64,000 bases of DNA from Camelus ferus. Its lineage: Eukaryota. Within the stretch, counting starts at the first letter, position 1. Each line of letters begins with the position of its first letter. The position numbers were made by a program, and so were the translations under genes. Of this stretch, positions 27,380 through 40,530 are shown in pieces. The notes under the pieces were generated by a model that saw nothing but the letters and a program-made list of their open reading frames with translations, did no database searches and was not told the origin of the DNA. Location of the stretch: contig NC_045696.1 of the NCBI RefSeq assembly GCF_009834535.1, forward strand, positions 114,268,001-114,332,000. Reading direction: 5' to 3'.

Positions 27380-28540
27380 CTGATGTGTATGTGCTTGACA
27401 TTGAACTGGAATTTTGTATACACCTACTGCCATTAAATCTTCAAATATTTTTTCTATTCTCTCTCTCCTCATTTTTGGAAAATGATTTCATGTTTATTAG
27501 ACCATTTGAAATTGTCCTACAGCTCACTGGACCTCTGTTAATTTTGTTTTGAATTAATGTTTTCTCTGTGTCTTCTTTTGGATAGTTTCTGCTGCTACAT
27601 CTTCCAGCTCATTTATTTCTTCTACAATGTCATTTGTGTTACACCCTTATCATTGATTCTATATTTAGAATCTATTTTCTGTATTTCAGTCATAGAGCAT
27701 CACTTCACTTTCTTTGTTCTCCCAAACACTAGTAATACATTGCAATATTCCAGTGTTTGAACTCCTTGGAGGACTACTGTAGAGGATTACCTCATGGTTT
27801 TAGCACAAAAACTACAGTTGAATGTAGCATGATTGTCTCAAGTTCCTTAATTACTGTGCCAACAGACAGTTTGTCCTAGCCCTCGCTCCTCATACTGAAG
27901 AATCATGTTACTCAGGGCCCCTTTCCTTCCTTCCTTTGCTCTCTTCCTTGGCTTCCTCCAACCCCCACATAATTGTTAAATACTTACGCAGTGACCCTTC
28001 TCTCACCTTATCTCAAAATAATTCTGTGTTTTCCTTTGCATAGCCAGAAAAATTGCCATTAAAATGCTCTGAATAAGTCTGTCAACTCTGGGCCCCTACT
28101 TAGGGATGATATTAGCAATATTTAATAACCAGATAGAAGCAATGCCAGAGATTTCATACCGAGGCAGGTTTCACTCTTTGTTAGCTGGAGGTGAGGCGAC
28201 TTTAGGGGAGGATCTTGGGTGATTAGGAGATGGGAGGATATGGTGGGGGTGGTCAGCATAGTATTTATTTATAAGCTGGCAGGAAGGTATTTAAACATTT
28301 TAACAACCCCGGTATAGCTGTTTCAGGGCCAACCCATGAATAAGAGGTGTTTCAGGACGCAAAGCACGGACAGCGCTTGGAAAATATGGGGTTTACTTTG
28401 CATCTTAGGCAGGGCTTCTTCGACCAAACTTCTCTATGAGCCAAAGGTAGGCAATGTGAATTTATTTTTCCTGTGTTTAGAGCCAGCCTGTCTAAGGAGC
28501 ATTTTTTGCCCCGTTCCAATTGCATGAGTCTATGACTCAC

Positions 28541-28705
28541 ATGAGTAATCAGATATAGTGCTTTTTAAAAAATGATAATAGCAATTAAAAAAATAAAAGC
28601 TATGCAATGATGCATCAAGACCATCATTTGATACTTTCTCCTTCATCCAGAAGGCCGCCAATCTTTAGAACACCACCTAGTGGTTTGACTTGAATTATAA
28701 TTACC
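28541..28705 (-). pseudogene. Decayed exon, RGS domain C-half
   Basis: Phase-2 join gives QVIIIQVKPLGGVLKIGGLLDEG, then one frameshift to KVSNDGLDASLHSFYFFNCYYHFLKSTISDYS (RGS YxRFLKS-like); donor T|gtgagt (phase 1). Confidence 0.7.
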
Positions 28706-29528
28706 CTACATGTGTTTCTTCATTTAGGATGAAATAACAATAAGAAAAACTATCAAAGTAAAGATATTTCCATTTGTATCCCCTTGTTCCTATTTTGATA
28801 AGAAGTACATTAGATTGAGCTGAGCTAACCTGTTACTTACAAAAAGATTTATTTTTTTTTTACCAAGTTTCTGGGATTTTTGAAAACTTGCCTCATTGAC
28901 TTAAGTTTTCATAATCTAGCATTCTCTAGGAATACAAAATAAAGAATTTTTTTTTAATTAATGAGGAAATTTTTTCTCAGATTTTGGGGCGATTTATTTC
29001 TTAAATATTCTAGTCTCCAGAAAATGTCTCAATTTCCTAGATACTTAAAATGACAGCTGTTGATTATCTGAAAAATTTGAATGATTATTTAGTTGCCCAA
29101 GAATATAATTTATTTGGGCCTAGAGATTTAAATATCTCTAGCTTGAATAATTCTTCACTCATCCCAACTCTGTTCTACCTATTTAATTTTCAATTCTCAA
29201 TGCATTTTGAAATTGCATAAATTTGGACAAGTTATAACCCTATTTCAGCATCACCTGTAAAATGGGATAAAATAAATGTCCTAGGAAGTCATTGTAAATA
29301 AGATTAGGTGTGAAAACACTTGGTAAACTACAAACTGCAGTTAACTATTTTTAAAAAAATCTGTAGACTTATCTGACTTTTTAAATTACTCATAATTTCC
29401 CCCCTCACTTTAAAGAAGCATACTTAGTCGTTCTAGAATTATACTGCATTTCAGTAATTTGCAAGAAATTATTATTGTACTGTAAGGCTACATTGGGAGG
29501 GTTAAAACTTTAGAGTTTAGTTATCCAG

Positions 29529-29676
29529 TGGGGAAGAGATAGCTCAGTGGTAGAGTGTGTGCCTAGCATGCATGAGGTCCTGGGTTCAAGCCCTAGTCCC
29601 TCCATTAAAATAAATAAGTAAACAAGAATGTAATTACCTCCCCCTACAAAGGAAAAAAAAACATTAAAATGAAGAA
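29529..29676 (+). mobile_element. Vic-1-type tRNA SINE with TSD
   Basis: A box tagctcagtgg, B box ggttcaagcc; TSD tttagttatcca at 29516-29527 and 29677-29688. Confidence 0.9.
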
Positions 29677-29819
29677 TTTAGTTATCCAAGTTTTAATAGC
29701 TTGTTGTTATTCATAATGGTTTGCATTTACTTTTACTTTGAATCATTATTTTGAGTGACATTAGGGGATTAAATAGATACAACTGATTTCTCAGCAATAG
29801 AGACTTTACTGACTCTTAC

Positions 29820-30287
29820 TGGAAGTGTGGATTTTGTAGGGAAAACTTTAAAAAGACAACTTGAAAGCCATTCTCTTGAGTGTGATGTTAAAACTGATGA
29901 ATCTTAAAATCTCAGACAAAGCCACAAACACCACACCATGAAATGTGCCTCTCACTTCTTTGTTTTTCATGCCTCACCTTTTTGTTTGATCGTCAGTTTT
30001 GCAAATCGATTTGCCTTATCTCCCAATTTTTCTCTAAGCCATCAGAAATCCACATTCATACCAAAACTCTAAGTTCCTAGAATTTTTCTAATTCCAGAAG
30101 AGACAGACTTTTGTGATCTTCTGCAACAATTCTAGAAAGTGTTGCTGATTTTGTAAAAGTCAAGAGCTTTTATTCACTGATTTCTGTTTCTTATGGAGGT
30201 GAGAAGATGCAGCCATAAACTTAAAGGTGAATTATATTCATCAGTTTTTGGTCATTCTTTGGAGTGTGCTCTCCATCTCCCTGGGCT
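29820..30287 (-). pseudogene. Decayed exon, RGS domain N-half
   Basis: Acceptor tttgacatcag|; QNQQHFLELLQKITKVCLFW, frameshift to ELEKF*EL (30071-30110; RGS LFWxExEKF motif); later QENGFQVVFLKFSLQNPHF; donor TTCCA|gtaaga (phase 2). Confidence 0.65.
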
Positions 30288-30346
30288 CTGATGTCAAATG
30301 TAAGTGCTGCAAATTTTAAAATAATTGCTAAGGTTAGGAGTTCGGT

Positions 30347-31033
30347 CATGACGTATAATCTTTTTTATGTGCTGTTGGATTCTATTTGCTAATATTTTGG
30401 TGAGGATTTTGGCGTCTATGTTCATCCGTGATATTGGTCTATAATTCTCTTTTTTGGCAGTGTCTTTGCCTGGTTTTGGTATCAGGGTGATGGTGATTTC
30501 ATAGAATGAGTTTGGGAGTATTCCCTCCTTTTCAATCTTCTGGAAGAGTTTGAGAAGGACTGGTATGAGTTCTTCTTTGTATGTTTGGTAGAATTCCCCG
30601 GTGAAGCCATCCGGTTCTGGTCTTTTATTTGTAGGGAGGTTTTTTATTGCTATTTTGACTTCATTTCTAGTGATCGGTTTGTTCAAGTGGTCAGTTTCTT
30701 CTTGATTCAGTCTTGGTGGACAGTATGTTTCCAGAAACTTGTCCATCTCCTCTAGGTTATCCAGTTTGGTTCCATATAGTTTTTTATAATATTTTCGTAT
30801 GATATTCTGTATTTCTATTTATTTGTTGTAATTTCTCCATTTTCCTTTCTTATTTTGCTAATTTGTGCTCTCTCTTTTTTCTTCTTTGTGAGTTTGGCCA
30901 GAGGTTTGTTGATTTTATTTACTTTTTCAAAAAACCAGCTTTTGGTTTGATTGATTTTTTTGTATGGTTTTTTAAATCTGTATTTTATTTATTTCCTTCC
31001 TAATCTTTATAATTTCCTTCCTTCTGCTGCCTT
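30347..31033 (-). mobile_element. L1 ORF2 internal fragment (Z/RT N-terminal region)
   Basis: [62 protein letters not shown]. Confidence 0.95.
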
Positions 31034-31035
31034 TT

Positions 31036-31243
31036 AACAGATACACATTACTGCATATAAAATAGATAAACAACAAGGACCTGCTGTAGAGCACAGGGAA
31101 CTATATTCAATTTCTTGTAATGAGCTATAATGGCAAAGAATCTGAAAAAATATGCATGTGTGTGTATAACTGAATTGCTTTGCTGTACACATGAAACTAA
31201 CATTGTAAATTGACTACACTTCAATAAAAAATAAGAATTAAAA
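31036..31243 (+). mobile_element. L1 3' end fragment
   Basis: aacaacaaggacctgctgtagagcacagggaactatattcaa..cttcaataaaaaat. Confidence 0.8.
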
Positions 31244-31543
31244 AGTGTATTAGGTTAAAATCTGTTTATTTCTCTTACAGTATGCTTGAAAGGGAAGTCT
31301 AACAGTAGCTCATGTCATTTTACAAATTTTATCAAACTGATAATGTGTTGTTACTCTCTGGAAAATCAGTATTCACATGCATTTAAAATAATATTCTACA
31401 TTTAAAAGTCAGTTAAGGGGAAACGTAACTGGAATAAGTGAGCCCAACTTGCAGCTGGTACTCAAGGTAAATAAAGTCGTAAGGAAATCAGGTTTATATG
31501 AACAGTTAAATTTATGAATTCAGTTAATAAAGGATACATTCAC

Positions 31544-31953
31544 TCAAAAGTGCTTTCAAAGTCACTGTCATAAACTGAGGAGAGACCACAAAGCAATAGG
31601 ACTTCTACCAACATAACAGAACTTCAAGTGAATGTTGTTCTTTTTAAAGGATTTGCTCTGAGAGTAACTTCCGTAATTGTGACACTGGTTTTAGTCCTCA
31701 GCATAGTTTGTGACTGATCTCTCAGGCACTGTCTTCTGAGTACTGCTTCCCATCAGCAACCTCCCTGTCTCCTCATTTTAAAATTCATCTCCAGTGGTAG
31801 CAAAGCTCTGTCCTTTGCAGGTGGATTTATCTTTTGGCAAGAGCCTGGTGCTAATCAGGAGCGACTTCACCAGGTCGTAAGCTGCTTGATGACCTGTATC
31901 TAATCTTCTGGTGACTTGTTATCTTTTACATTTTGGCATCCTTGGAGTGGAGC
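31544..31953 (-). pseudogene. Decayed exon
   Basis: Acceptor ctgattttccag|; one frame of about 125 codons interrupted by three TAA stops: STPRMPKCKR*QVTRRLDTGHQAAYDLVKSLLISTRLLPKDK..DEF*NEETGR..AED*NQCH.. Confidence 0.55.
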
Positions 31954-32377
31954 CTGGAAAATCAGGGGACCTCCACATGAGCTTGCAAAACAGTGTGCAA
32001 AGTCATGAATTTGATTGACTTCCTTATGTGACCTGTGTGATTGCACAGTGAAGTGATTTGGAAAGAGAAAGGCAGGTCAAATATCAGCTTCTTTTCTTGC
32101 CAGCTGTGTGATTTGGGACCACTTGGCATTTTAAGTTTTGCAATCTCCGTAAGCCTCAGTTTTTCCCATCTGGAACACCTCTGCAGCTGTTGTGAAGGAT
32201 TGTGTCTGGTGATGTATGTAAAATGATTTATGTAGTCGAATACTGTAAAAGCTCAGTAATTGGCAGTTATTGTTATTTGCTTTGAAGACAGTCACAAAAA
32301 GGAGTTACAAAATGTTCTGCCGAATTTATATCAGTTATCATCACTGCCCTAGAGAAGACTACAAAGGGGAGACATTC

Positions 32378-32965
32378 ATTTCATTGAGGTACAATTAACA
32401 TATAACATTGTTTCAGTTTCAGGTGTACAGCATAGTGATTCAATATACGCATGTATAGAGAAATGATCACCACAATAAGTTTAGTTAACATCCACCACCA
32501 CACATACTTACAATTTTCTTTCTTGTGATGGGAACTTTTAAGATCCACTCTCTTAACAACTTCCAAATATACAGCACTGTATTGTTAACTATAATCAACA
32601 TGCGATACACTGTATTTCCAGGACTTACTTATTTTATAAGTAAGTTTGTACCTTTTGACCCTCTTCACCCATTTTGCTTACCCCCTCCCCACTGCCTCTG
32701 ACAACCACCAATCTGTTCTCTGTATCTATGAGTTCATTTTTGTTTGTGAGTTTTTTTTGTTGTTGTTGTTTTTGTTGTTTTTGTTTTCAGATTTCGCATA
32801 TAAGTGAGATCACACAGCATTTATCTTTCTTTGTCTGACTTACATAATGGTCCATTCATGTTGTCACAAAGGGCACATTTGAATAATATTACATTGTATA
32901 TATGTGAATATATATATATGTGTATATATATACGTACTGAATTTTCTTTATCCATTAATCCATAG
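32378..32965 (-). mobile_element. L1 3'UTR fragment (older L1MA-type)
   Basis: ttgaggtacaattaacatataac..ttaagatccactctcttaacaac..ttttctttatccatt. Confidence 0.85.
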
Positions 32966-32989
32966 GGAAATGTTTTTTTTATTAACTTG

Positions 32990-33105
32990 TCTTTATGGAG
33001 GGGAGGTAATTAGACTTATTTATTTTTAGAGGAGGTACTGGGGATTGAACCCAGGACCTCATGCTTGCTAAGCATGCATTCTACCACTTGAGCTATACCT
33101 TCCCC
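32990..33105 (-). mobile_element. Vic-1-type tRNA SINE
   Basis: ggaggtactggggattgaacccaggacctcatgcttgctaagcatgcattctaccacttgagctatacc. Confidence 0.9.
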
Positions 33106-33424
33106 TCTCGGGAAGATGCATTTACGAATATTCTTGTATAGCTTTTGAAATAAGTGTCACTAAGTTTGAGTCATCCATGGTACAGCCTTCTGGGTGACCC
33201 CTCTTAAAAGGGGTACTGATTTATTTGATTGTATTTTGGAATCAGCTTGTTAAAAAATCAGCTTCATTCTCTTTTATCAACATTATGTATCCTATCTGAT
33301 TTATTTTCAGTGTTATATTAACAAGAAATGCATATCCCCTTTTGAAGGAAGGATGTTTAGAAAGATTTGAGAACTTCTCTTTACCCTAATATATACTGTA
33401 AGTTCTATAGTTTCTTGTGACTAC

Positions 33425-33800
33425 CTGAAGTTTGCTGGCTAGAAATTGATTTTCCTTTATCATCTTATTGTTCCTTAGAAGTCCTATTGTGTGCAAAATA
33501 TGACCAATGTATTTTTAGAAATGTTGCAGTGCTCTTGGTGGGTGATTGCTCTGCCTGTCTTCTCTAATTCCTGGTCATCTGTCATGTAGTTGAAATGCTG
33601 GTCTTTGATATGTGGGTACAATTCTGCCATTGCTAATAGATAAATATTTTCATCATTGTTCTGAGTTTAGTCCTCTACGCTTCGTAAACTCTTTATTGAT
33701 GAAGTGTTTTCATGCCACAGAATCAGGTACGAAAGATTCCATGGTGAAGGAGAGGAGAGGAGGGGAGAGCCTGGGCTTTACTAACTTTGATTAGTAAAAC
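33425..33800 (-). pseudogene. Decayed exon
   Basis: Acceptor gcttatag|; a frame of about 90 codons with one internal stop: SPWNLSYLILWHENTSSIKSLRSVED*TQNNDENIYLLAMAELYPHIKDQHF..; donor CTTCAG|gtag. Confidence 0.5.
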
Positions 33801-34025
33801 CTATAAGCAGCTAATTAGTAGTTTTAGGCAATTCGTATGTGGTTAACTCTATCTCAAAAAAGGGTTTTAGAGGTGAAGCCAAAATTCAGGAGCTGTCTGT
33901 AGAGGCAAATATCAAGGGGGAAAGATGGTCATAGATCTTAGAGGCAGGGTGATGCCATGCAGCACGCCACCAAGACTCACTTGATAAATGACATTTATAT
34001 GCCAGACACACTCCTTTAGGCTTAC

Positions 34026-34243
34026 CAAAGCCCTAAACTTTCTTCTCACTATAGACATGTTCTTCTACTGGAGAAAGCATTTCTGAACACAAATGAGCAA
34101 GAGATAGATTTTAATGCCGACAACCCCTCTTTATATATAAAAGTCAATCATTTTCAAGCTTCTCATTTTGCTTCCAGCAACAAATACTTGTCACAGTCTC
34201 CCAGTGTCACAGTTGACATCTGCTGGTGTGCCGTTAGACATGC
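34026..34243 (-). pseudogene. Decayed exon (RGS C-terminal-helix-like)
   Basis: Acceptor tgtacag|, peptide ACLTAHQQMSTVTLGDCDKYLLLEAK*EA*K*LTFIYKE, strong donor CTTTG|gtaagc. Confidence 0.5.
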
Positions 34244-35422
34244 CTGTACACTTAGAATAAGAAGACTAAGGGGCCACTCTTCTTGCTTCATTGTGGGATG
34301 TTGAAAAAGATCACTTAAGCTCTCTGGGTCATAGTTGGTACCTTTAAAAATCAAGGCAGTTATACTTTTAAGCTATTTTGCAGAATCATTGATAAAATGA
34401 CAAAATAATGCATGTGAAGGCACTTTATAAACTCTAAAGCAAAGACATCAAAACTAGTGAGTTAGTCCCAAGGGACAAATAAATCTATGCAGGACCCTGA
34501 ATTATCCTGTTCGTCCAAATTTGCCAGATTATTTGCTGACTCTTCAGAATCCTTTATATTATAAAATATTGCCTTAGGTGCTTTCCTATGTACAATAAAA
34601 ATGAAGTTTCCTACAGTATGACTCTGGGCATATTTCCCCTTCTTCCTCATTATTTTCTAAATTTAAGTCTTTCCATTTATCATTCTTGTTGTAGCATGAC
34701 CATTAGAGCAAAGGATGAGATACAAAAACATGTTTAATTTGTTTCGAGAATACAGTCTCCTGGGGTTGGGGGAAGCACTGTGATACGTGTTTCAGACTTG
34801 CATCAGGAATTCAGACAGGAATGATATACAAGAAATATGGTGGTACAAACCATTCTTTGCCTTATGGAATTAACGAGTGTTCATCCAAACAAACTAAGCC
34901 AAACCCTAGGGCTTAATGGAAAGGACGTTAGCTGTCTCAGTATTTAGATCTAGCTGTGGATGCTGGACAGCACTGGCCAAAATCTCCCCTTCAGAACTGG
35001 AGGGTTTATCCCCTCTACTGTGGAGTTTGTCTGTTCTTCAAAGATGGAGCAGGAAATGAGAGAACAAAGCCTTGGAGATGAGACATCGTCTGGGGGTAAT
35101 CCATGCAGGCTTCCTGATACATGAAACTTGGTGTTAATACCTCTCTTTGTTTACCTAGCGTAGCCATCCAGGAACTCCCCAGAGCAGGAAACTTGGTTAA
35201 AAGGCTAATAGTTAAGATATCTTCTTTCTTTCTAAATTAACTTAAAAAGTGTAGAATTTCAGCCTCTTTCAATTTTATTTTGGGTAGCGTCTTTCAATCA
35301 CATTCCCAGCTGAAGCAACTAGCTAATAATAAAAGGAATTTTTAAGGAAAATATAAGTGAATCTCAGAATTGAGTTTTCCCTTTTTTTTTTTTTTTTTGC
35401 CCAAGGATAGCTGTCCCCATAC

Positions 35423-35891
35423 TTAGGTGTTGAAGTAGAATATCTTAAACAAATATATACACAGAAGGACTTTGATCCCCAGACCAGCGAGTGCCGGAAG
35501 CACCGCCCTCCCGCCCTGGGAGCTGCTGCGCTGGGTTTCTTCTGAGATGACAGTGCTTTTGGTGCTGCATAAATTTACCAGTGATTCTATAAAAGTGACT
35601 TTCTCCCAAAAGGCTGACTCCACAACTGTGTCTGGCACCTTCTTTCTAGTGCTGATTTTTTTCTCACTTTGCAAAGACTTTATTTATTCAGAGTGTTTCC
35701 CAGATCATTTCTAAGCTGATCTAGGAAAGTTGTGAAACTGTTAATTAGTCTATTTTTGATGTTGAATGTCTCCTTGTTCAACTTTTTTCTTTTTTGTCTA
35801 ATACTCTGTGATATTCTATGAGACACGAAGGTAACAATTATGATGTCTTTTAAAAGCTCTATAAATTGTTACACAACAGTCATTTTTTTCT
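35423..35891 (-). pseudogene. Decayed exon
   Basis: Acceptor tttatctatag|; KKMTVV*QFIELLKDIIIVTFVSHRISQSIRQKRKKLNKETF..LDQLRNDLGNTL, then frameshift to ..VVESAFWEKVTFIESL (RGS-like FW); donor |gtatgg. Confidence 0.55.
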
Positions 35892-38429
35892 CTATAGATA
35901 AATATTAGTGTTTAATACATTTTGAATTAATTTTGTTATGATTCAAATTCAACAGCATAGTGCTTGGGATCTCCCTGCTTGGGTCAAGAAAACAAAACAA
36001 ACATTTAAAAATAGGTGAAATCACAAAGAAGCAAATGTAATCCAGGCTATACATGCCCAATCAGTTTAAAGGAAGATAAGATTCTGGCTAGGAACTGGGA
36101 CAGGGACAAAAACTTGAAGGAGAAGGAGGATTCTGATAAGCTTAGAGAAGTGACAAACACTTCTGACAGGGGCAACAGTCTGAGCGATGGAAGGAAGAAT
36201 GAAAAATGGTTTCCAAAAGCAATTAGTGTTAAAGTACACCTTTTGAAGCATTAAAAACATAGCTGTTTTACAAATTTAAAAGGAATACATGTCAAAGATA
36301 ATATTCATCTCATTAAATAATGGGGAAACCAGGATGATGGTGTGACTGGTTCCAAAAGCATTCGAGGAGCTAGATATCCTTAGGAAGTTAATATAAGAAA
36401 GTTAGGATATGATTTCTGGGTTTAGAGACAAAACCAGCCAATGCTCTCCAAGGCAATGTGCAGTAACACTGGGCTATCCTTTCTACTGATAAAAATCTGC
36501 ATGTCAGCATGCGACTTCACTCTGTCTAGGTGTTTACTTAATGGTAAACGGTGAGTTGAACAAAGTATATGCCTTTCAGTAATCTCTGGGTGAAACTTTT
36601 ACGCAGTGCCTCCAAATGACATTGAAAGGACGTGGTACTCATCCTTTTGCTTTATGTCTAAATTTTGATGAGTTTTTATTAACAAAAGGAAGGTTAGCAT
36701 ACTTGGACAATTTTGCCCAGTGGATGGAGGGAACAACAAAAAGAAATCAGAGGAGAGTTCGGAGATCTTTGAATGGCAGACTAATGAATATGGACTGGTG
36801 GGAAATGGTGGGGAAGAATTCCCTAAAGGTTTGGATGTGGACTTGAGTAAGGCCGATTTTAGAGAAAATTAATTAGGCTAAGTGATATAAGAATTATCAC
36901 ACCTTCTAGGACATTCTTTCAACAATTAAGGATTACTGCTGAATTTCAAGGACAGGAAGGAGTGTCTGTGCGGGGCCAAGTGCAGTGCTTGTAGAAAATA
37001 TACTAGAAAGGAGATTGATGGGAGTGAGTCATTGCACAGTTACAGAAACCAAGCATTAATCTATTGATCCTGAGCTGGGGACTTTGAAAACAAGATGCAT
37101 GACAGGCAAGGGAATTGATTGGAAGTAACAGATAATGAGCTCAGAGAATAATTGGGATCCCACAAAGCTTTATAAGTCATTGCTCCCTACCCACTTGGAC
37201 TCAAAGAGGTTCTGCCCTTGCTCAGATAAATAGTGGGTGAACAAGACAGAATCCAGGACTTCTATCTCCTAGTCTAGTTCTCTTTCCTGTTTACCTTGGT
37301 GACCATGGAAGATTGAATTATTCATACTATTTAAGGCCCCCCATAGTCGTTTTATATATTCATATTCTTGGCCATCACTTCATGGTGGGCATAGTTCCCT
37401 GATCCCTGACTTTGGGCTTGGCTGTGTAACTTGCCTTGGTCAATGGACTTCCTTGCATGGTTGGGTTTTCGTTTTTGAGCTTCTTCCATTTTCATGAAAA
37501 GAACATACATCCAGTAGCCCTACAGAATAAGACAGGCGCTCATGCTACAGGACAGTCACCCTGAAATGTCTCTTGAATAGTTGGCTATTTGGAGCTGTGG
37601 TTGTTCTGAAGTGTGTGACGACTGAGTCACCAGAATAAATGTGATCGTCACAAGAGAGAGTGTATATATTACAAGAAAATTCTTAATGGAAATTTATATG
37701 TAGGTTTTAGCGTTCTTTGAATTACTGTGTGATCATTGCATTGTCAAATGAAAATACTAGATTCAGGTGGATGCAGAAATGGAGACAGTTCATGGATGAA
37801 CAAAACAAGGTTTAAAGAATAAAGAAGGACGTCCATGTAGTTAGGACACTTAGCAGAGGGATCAGCTATGTTCTCCAAAAGTTATAAGCTTCTGGACACC
37901 AAGAGACTTACCAGAAGAGCACAGTTGTGAACGATGCCTGAGTGAGTCACCAGAACTTCTGGGAGCTCAAATGCCTGCCTCTAAGTGTTCCACATGTAAG
38001 CTGCTCTGGATCTGTGCTGGGTACCATGTCACAGAAGGAGGAGAACTTTAACCATCTTGGTGATGAAAAGTGTACATGTGCAGACACTGGTACAGTACAT
38101 TTCGGAAATACCAGTTACTCTTCTATTTCTGCTAATTATCTCACGTAGACTCTCAAAACCTTGGTGGATTTTCCTTCAGGAGGTGCTAGGTTCTGGTCTT
38201 GGGCAGTTACTGATTCAGCCATTTCCCTATTCATACTCATCCACACACGCACACGTGCATAAATGTGGCTTCATGTGCTCTTCTGTGCTCTGTAGCTCAT
38301 GTTTGCCAGTAAACATGGTAGAAGGAGCCGATAAGCAGCTTGATGGGCCAGCTCAGTGGGACTCAGAGTCCTGGGTATAGAACTAGAAACAGTTTCCCAC
38401 GGGAAGGTACCTGCAAGACTATATACTTG

Positions 38430-39004
38430 TCACATTTGCATTCAACCTGCCGAGGATTATTCCTTGCTTCCCTTTATGATGTGCCACAGGTGTTATTTTA
38501 TTTCAGCTCAGGAGACAGTAATCAGAATCTGAAATTAACGTCTACTTGGTGGAGCTCTTGGAGGACTGCAAGTCATCATTTGATTAAAATATCTGACGGC
38601 CATCCAATGCTCAGAAACTTCCCAGACCTCCTATTTTGTAGGCACAACAGCAGGTCTTTGGATTTTCCATGGATGGAACAGAGGAGTAAGTGAGAGAATT
38701 ACACCTGTGATACTGCCCCTATGGATAGTTACAGTGCTATGGGGCTATTTTAAATGCTCCTGTAATTGCGCTGGGGAAATGTATGTCCCTGTGAGATAGC
38801 AGAAAGCATCGTATACCAGCTCTCCTCTGTCTCTGTGGGGAGGCAGGGTGTAGCCCACACTCGTAGTTGTTTCCCGGAGTTATTTGTGTATATCCCATAG
38901 ACTCAGCTTCCTCTTCATGTTCCCGCCTCCTTCCACCCACAGTTTGAGTCACAATATTTTCTGGGTCAAAACTGGGACACTTGACCAAATACAACATTCA
39001 ACAC
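38430..39004 (-). pseudogene. Decayed exon with start of first RGS-like domain
   Basis: Acceptor cctactcccacaacag|. An 86-aa ORF ends ...RAGIRCF and a frameshift gives CYLTGT (38781-38820), like RGSL1 GMWRFYSYLTGS as recalled. 3' boundary uncertain. Confidence 0.5.
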
Positions 39005-39361
39005 CTGTTGTGGGAGTAGGAGGGGTTATTTAAAAGAGAAATAACAAGAAATTGTGGTTAAATACCCCTGGACACAATCAATTTACAAGAACAGTCCTGG
39101 GTTTTATTACAATTACTTGGACTATCCATTGAAACTAATTGTGGCCATGAAAATATAAAAGCAACATTCTTTAAATTACATGTTCCGACTGAGACTTTTC
39201 AATAATTCAGACTGATTTATTCACTAATGTCAAGTAATAGTGTTTTTTTCTTTATATTTTCACATTTTGCATAACACACTTCTTTAGAATCAAACTCCAT
39301 GTGCTCTAAAACACTTTCTGTTATTTTCTAGGCTAATAAAAGAATACTAATTGTGTCTTAC

Positions 39362-40244
39362 TCAACATCCAAAGTCTATCTCTGTACCACGTATCTCTAA
39401 AATCATACTCTTTTTACATTTTTCAACAGCAACTTTCATATATCTGGGTCCACTCCTTCCAAGATTATTCAATATGATAAGATAAAGGAAACTTAATATG
39501 AGTGACCCTGGAACTCATTGCCTATCAAGCAGAATGATTTTCAGATGTGCCCTAAATGTTAATTAATTTCAGCTCAGGCTGAGAGAACTGGGTTTCTTCT
39601 ATGGATTTTTGGCTAAAGAAGCTCGTGTACCATCCAGCCTCCTGGTGATCTTCAAATTCAAATAGATTCTGTAATTCCAGTACTATCAAGAATATCCATT
39701 GGAGGACACTAGAGCACAACAAATAGATGAGGCTGTAGGAATACGTAAGTAACTGAAAGTAAATCCTCCACACAAAATCAGACCATTTATTCTCCAAATT
39801 CAAGTCTAATGGCTCTCCAACTATAAAGTGTGACTGATTATCGATATTTCTACTGAAAAACAAATTCTATCACTGGTGCTCCTAGTCCTTCAACGTTGTA
39901 ATTTTAGAAGTGGCTGATGGATGGCTTCCCCAAGCGGTAAATGGAGAAATTATTTTAATAGCTTGAACATTTATGTAGGAATTTGCTTCCAAAGTTCTGC
40001 TTAATAGTCTAACTTTACTTAAATCTTCATTGACAGACAAATTGAGTCCTTTGCAGGCTGATGAACTGGGTTTGTCTGACAAGCCCTCAGATAATGGAGA
40101 ACTTGATAAGGCTCAAGATAAAAATACCTGAGGGGTTCGGGGTTCTCTGCTGCAGAAGGGAGTTACCGCAGGAAAATTATTACAGTAAAAGCTCTGATGA
40201 GAGAAAGTCTTTGACACCCACAGTGAGGGTTTGTTAACTTTCTC
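39362..40244 (-). pseudogene. Decayed large exon (N-terminal domain end plus Ser-rich linker)
   Basis: Acceptor tgctag|, long mostly open frames (EKVNKPSLWV..QRLSL/HQSFYCNNF..SSSPLSEGLSDKPSSSACK..; LFFSRNID..QPELKLINI) with few stops, donor TTGA|gtaaga. Could be two exons (internal acceptor near 39733). Confidence 0.5.
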
Positions 40245-40530
40245 CTAGCAATGTTTTCAATGTTTTAAACATTATGTTAACTATTTTTAATCTCAAATTA
40301 TAACTAGTTATAAGATGTGAATATCATTTAGATATCTGAGTCTTTAATTTTAATTTAGAATAAAAGGAGGCTTGTTTTTGGACTTGTCCACATTTCTAAG
40401 ATTCCTGTGACTCCACCTATAAACAATATATAGCTTATAATGATGCCAATAATATGACAACTGGTTAAACCTGTGCTTAAAAACTACCACCACAATTACG
40501 TATTTCCAACAAAAGAATAAGCACTCGTAC

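Noticed and set aside
29529..29604. tRNA-like sequence with A and B boxes
   Set aside because: SINE head with tail and TSD, repeated five times in the window; not a tRNA gene.
36015..36254. 79-aa charged plus-strand ORF
   Set aside because: Purine-rich composition explains it; antisense to the fossil gene and no recognisable homology.
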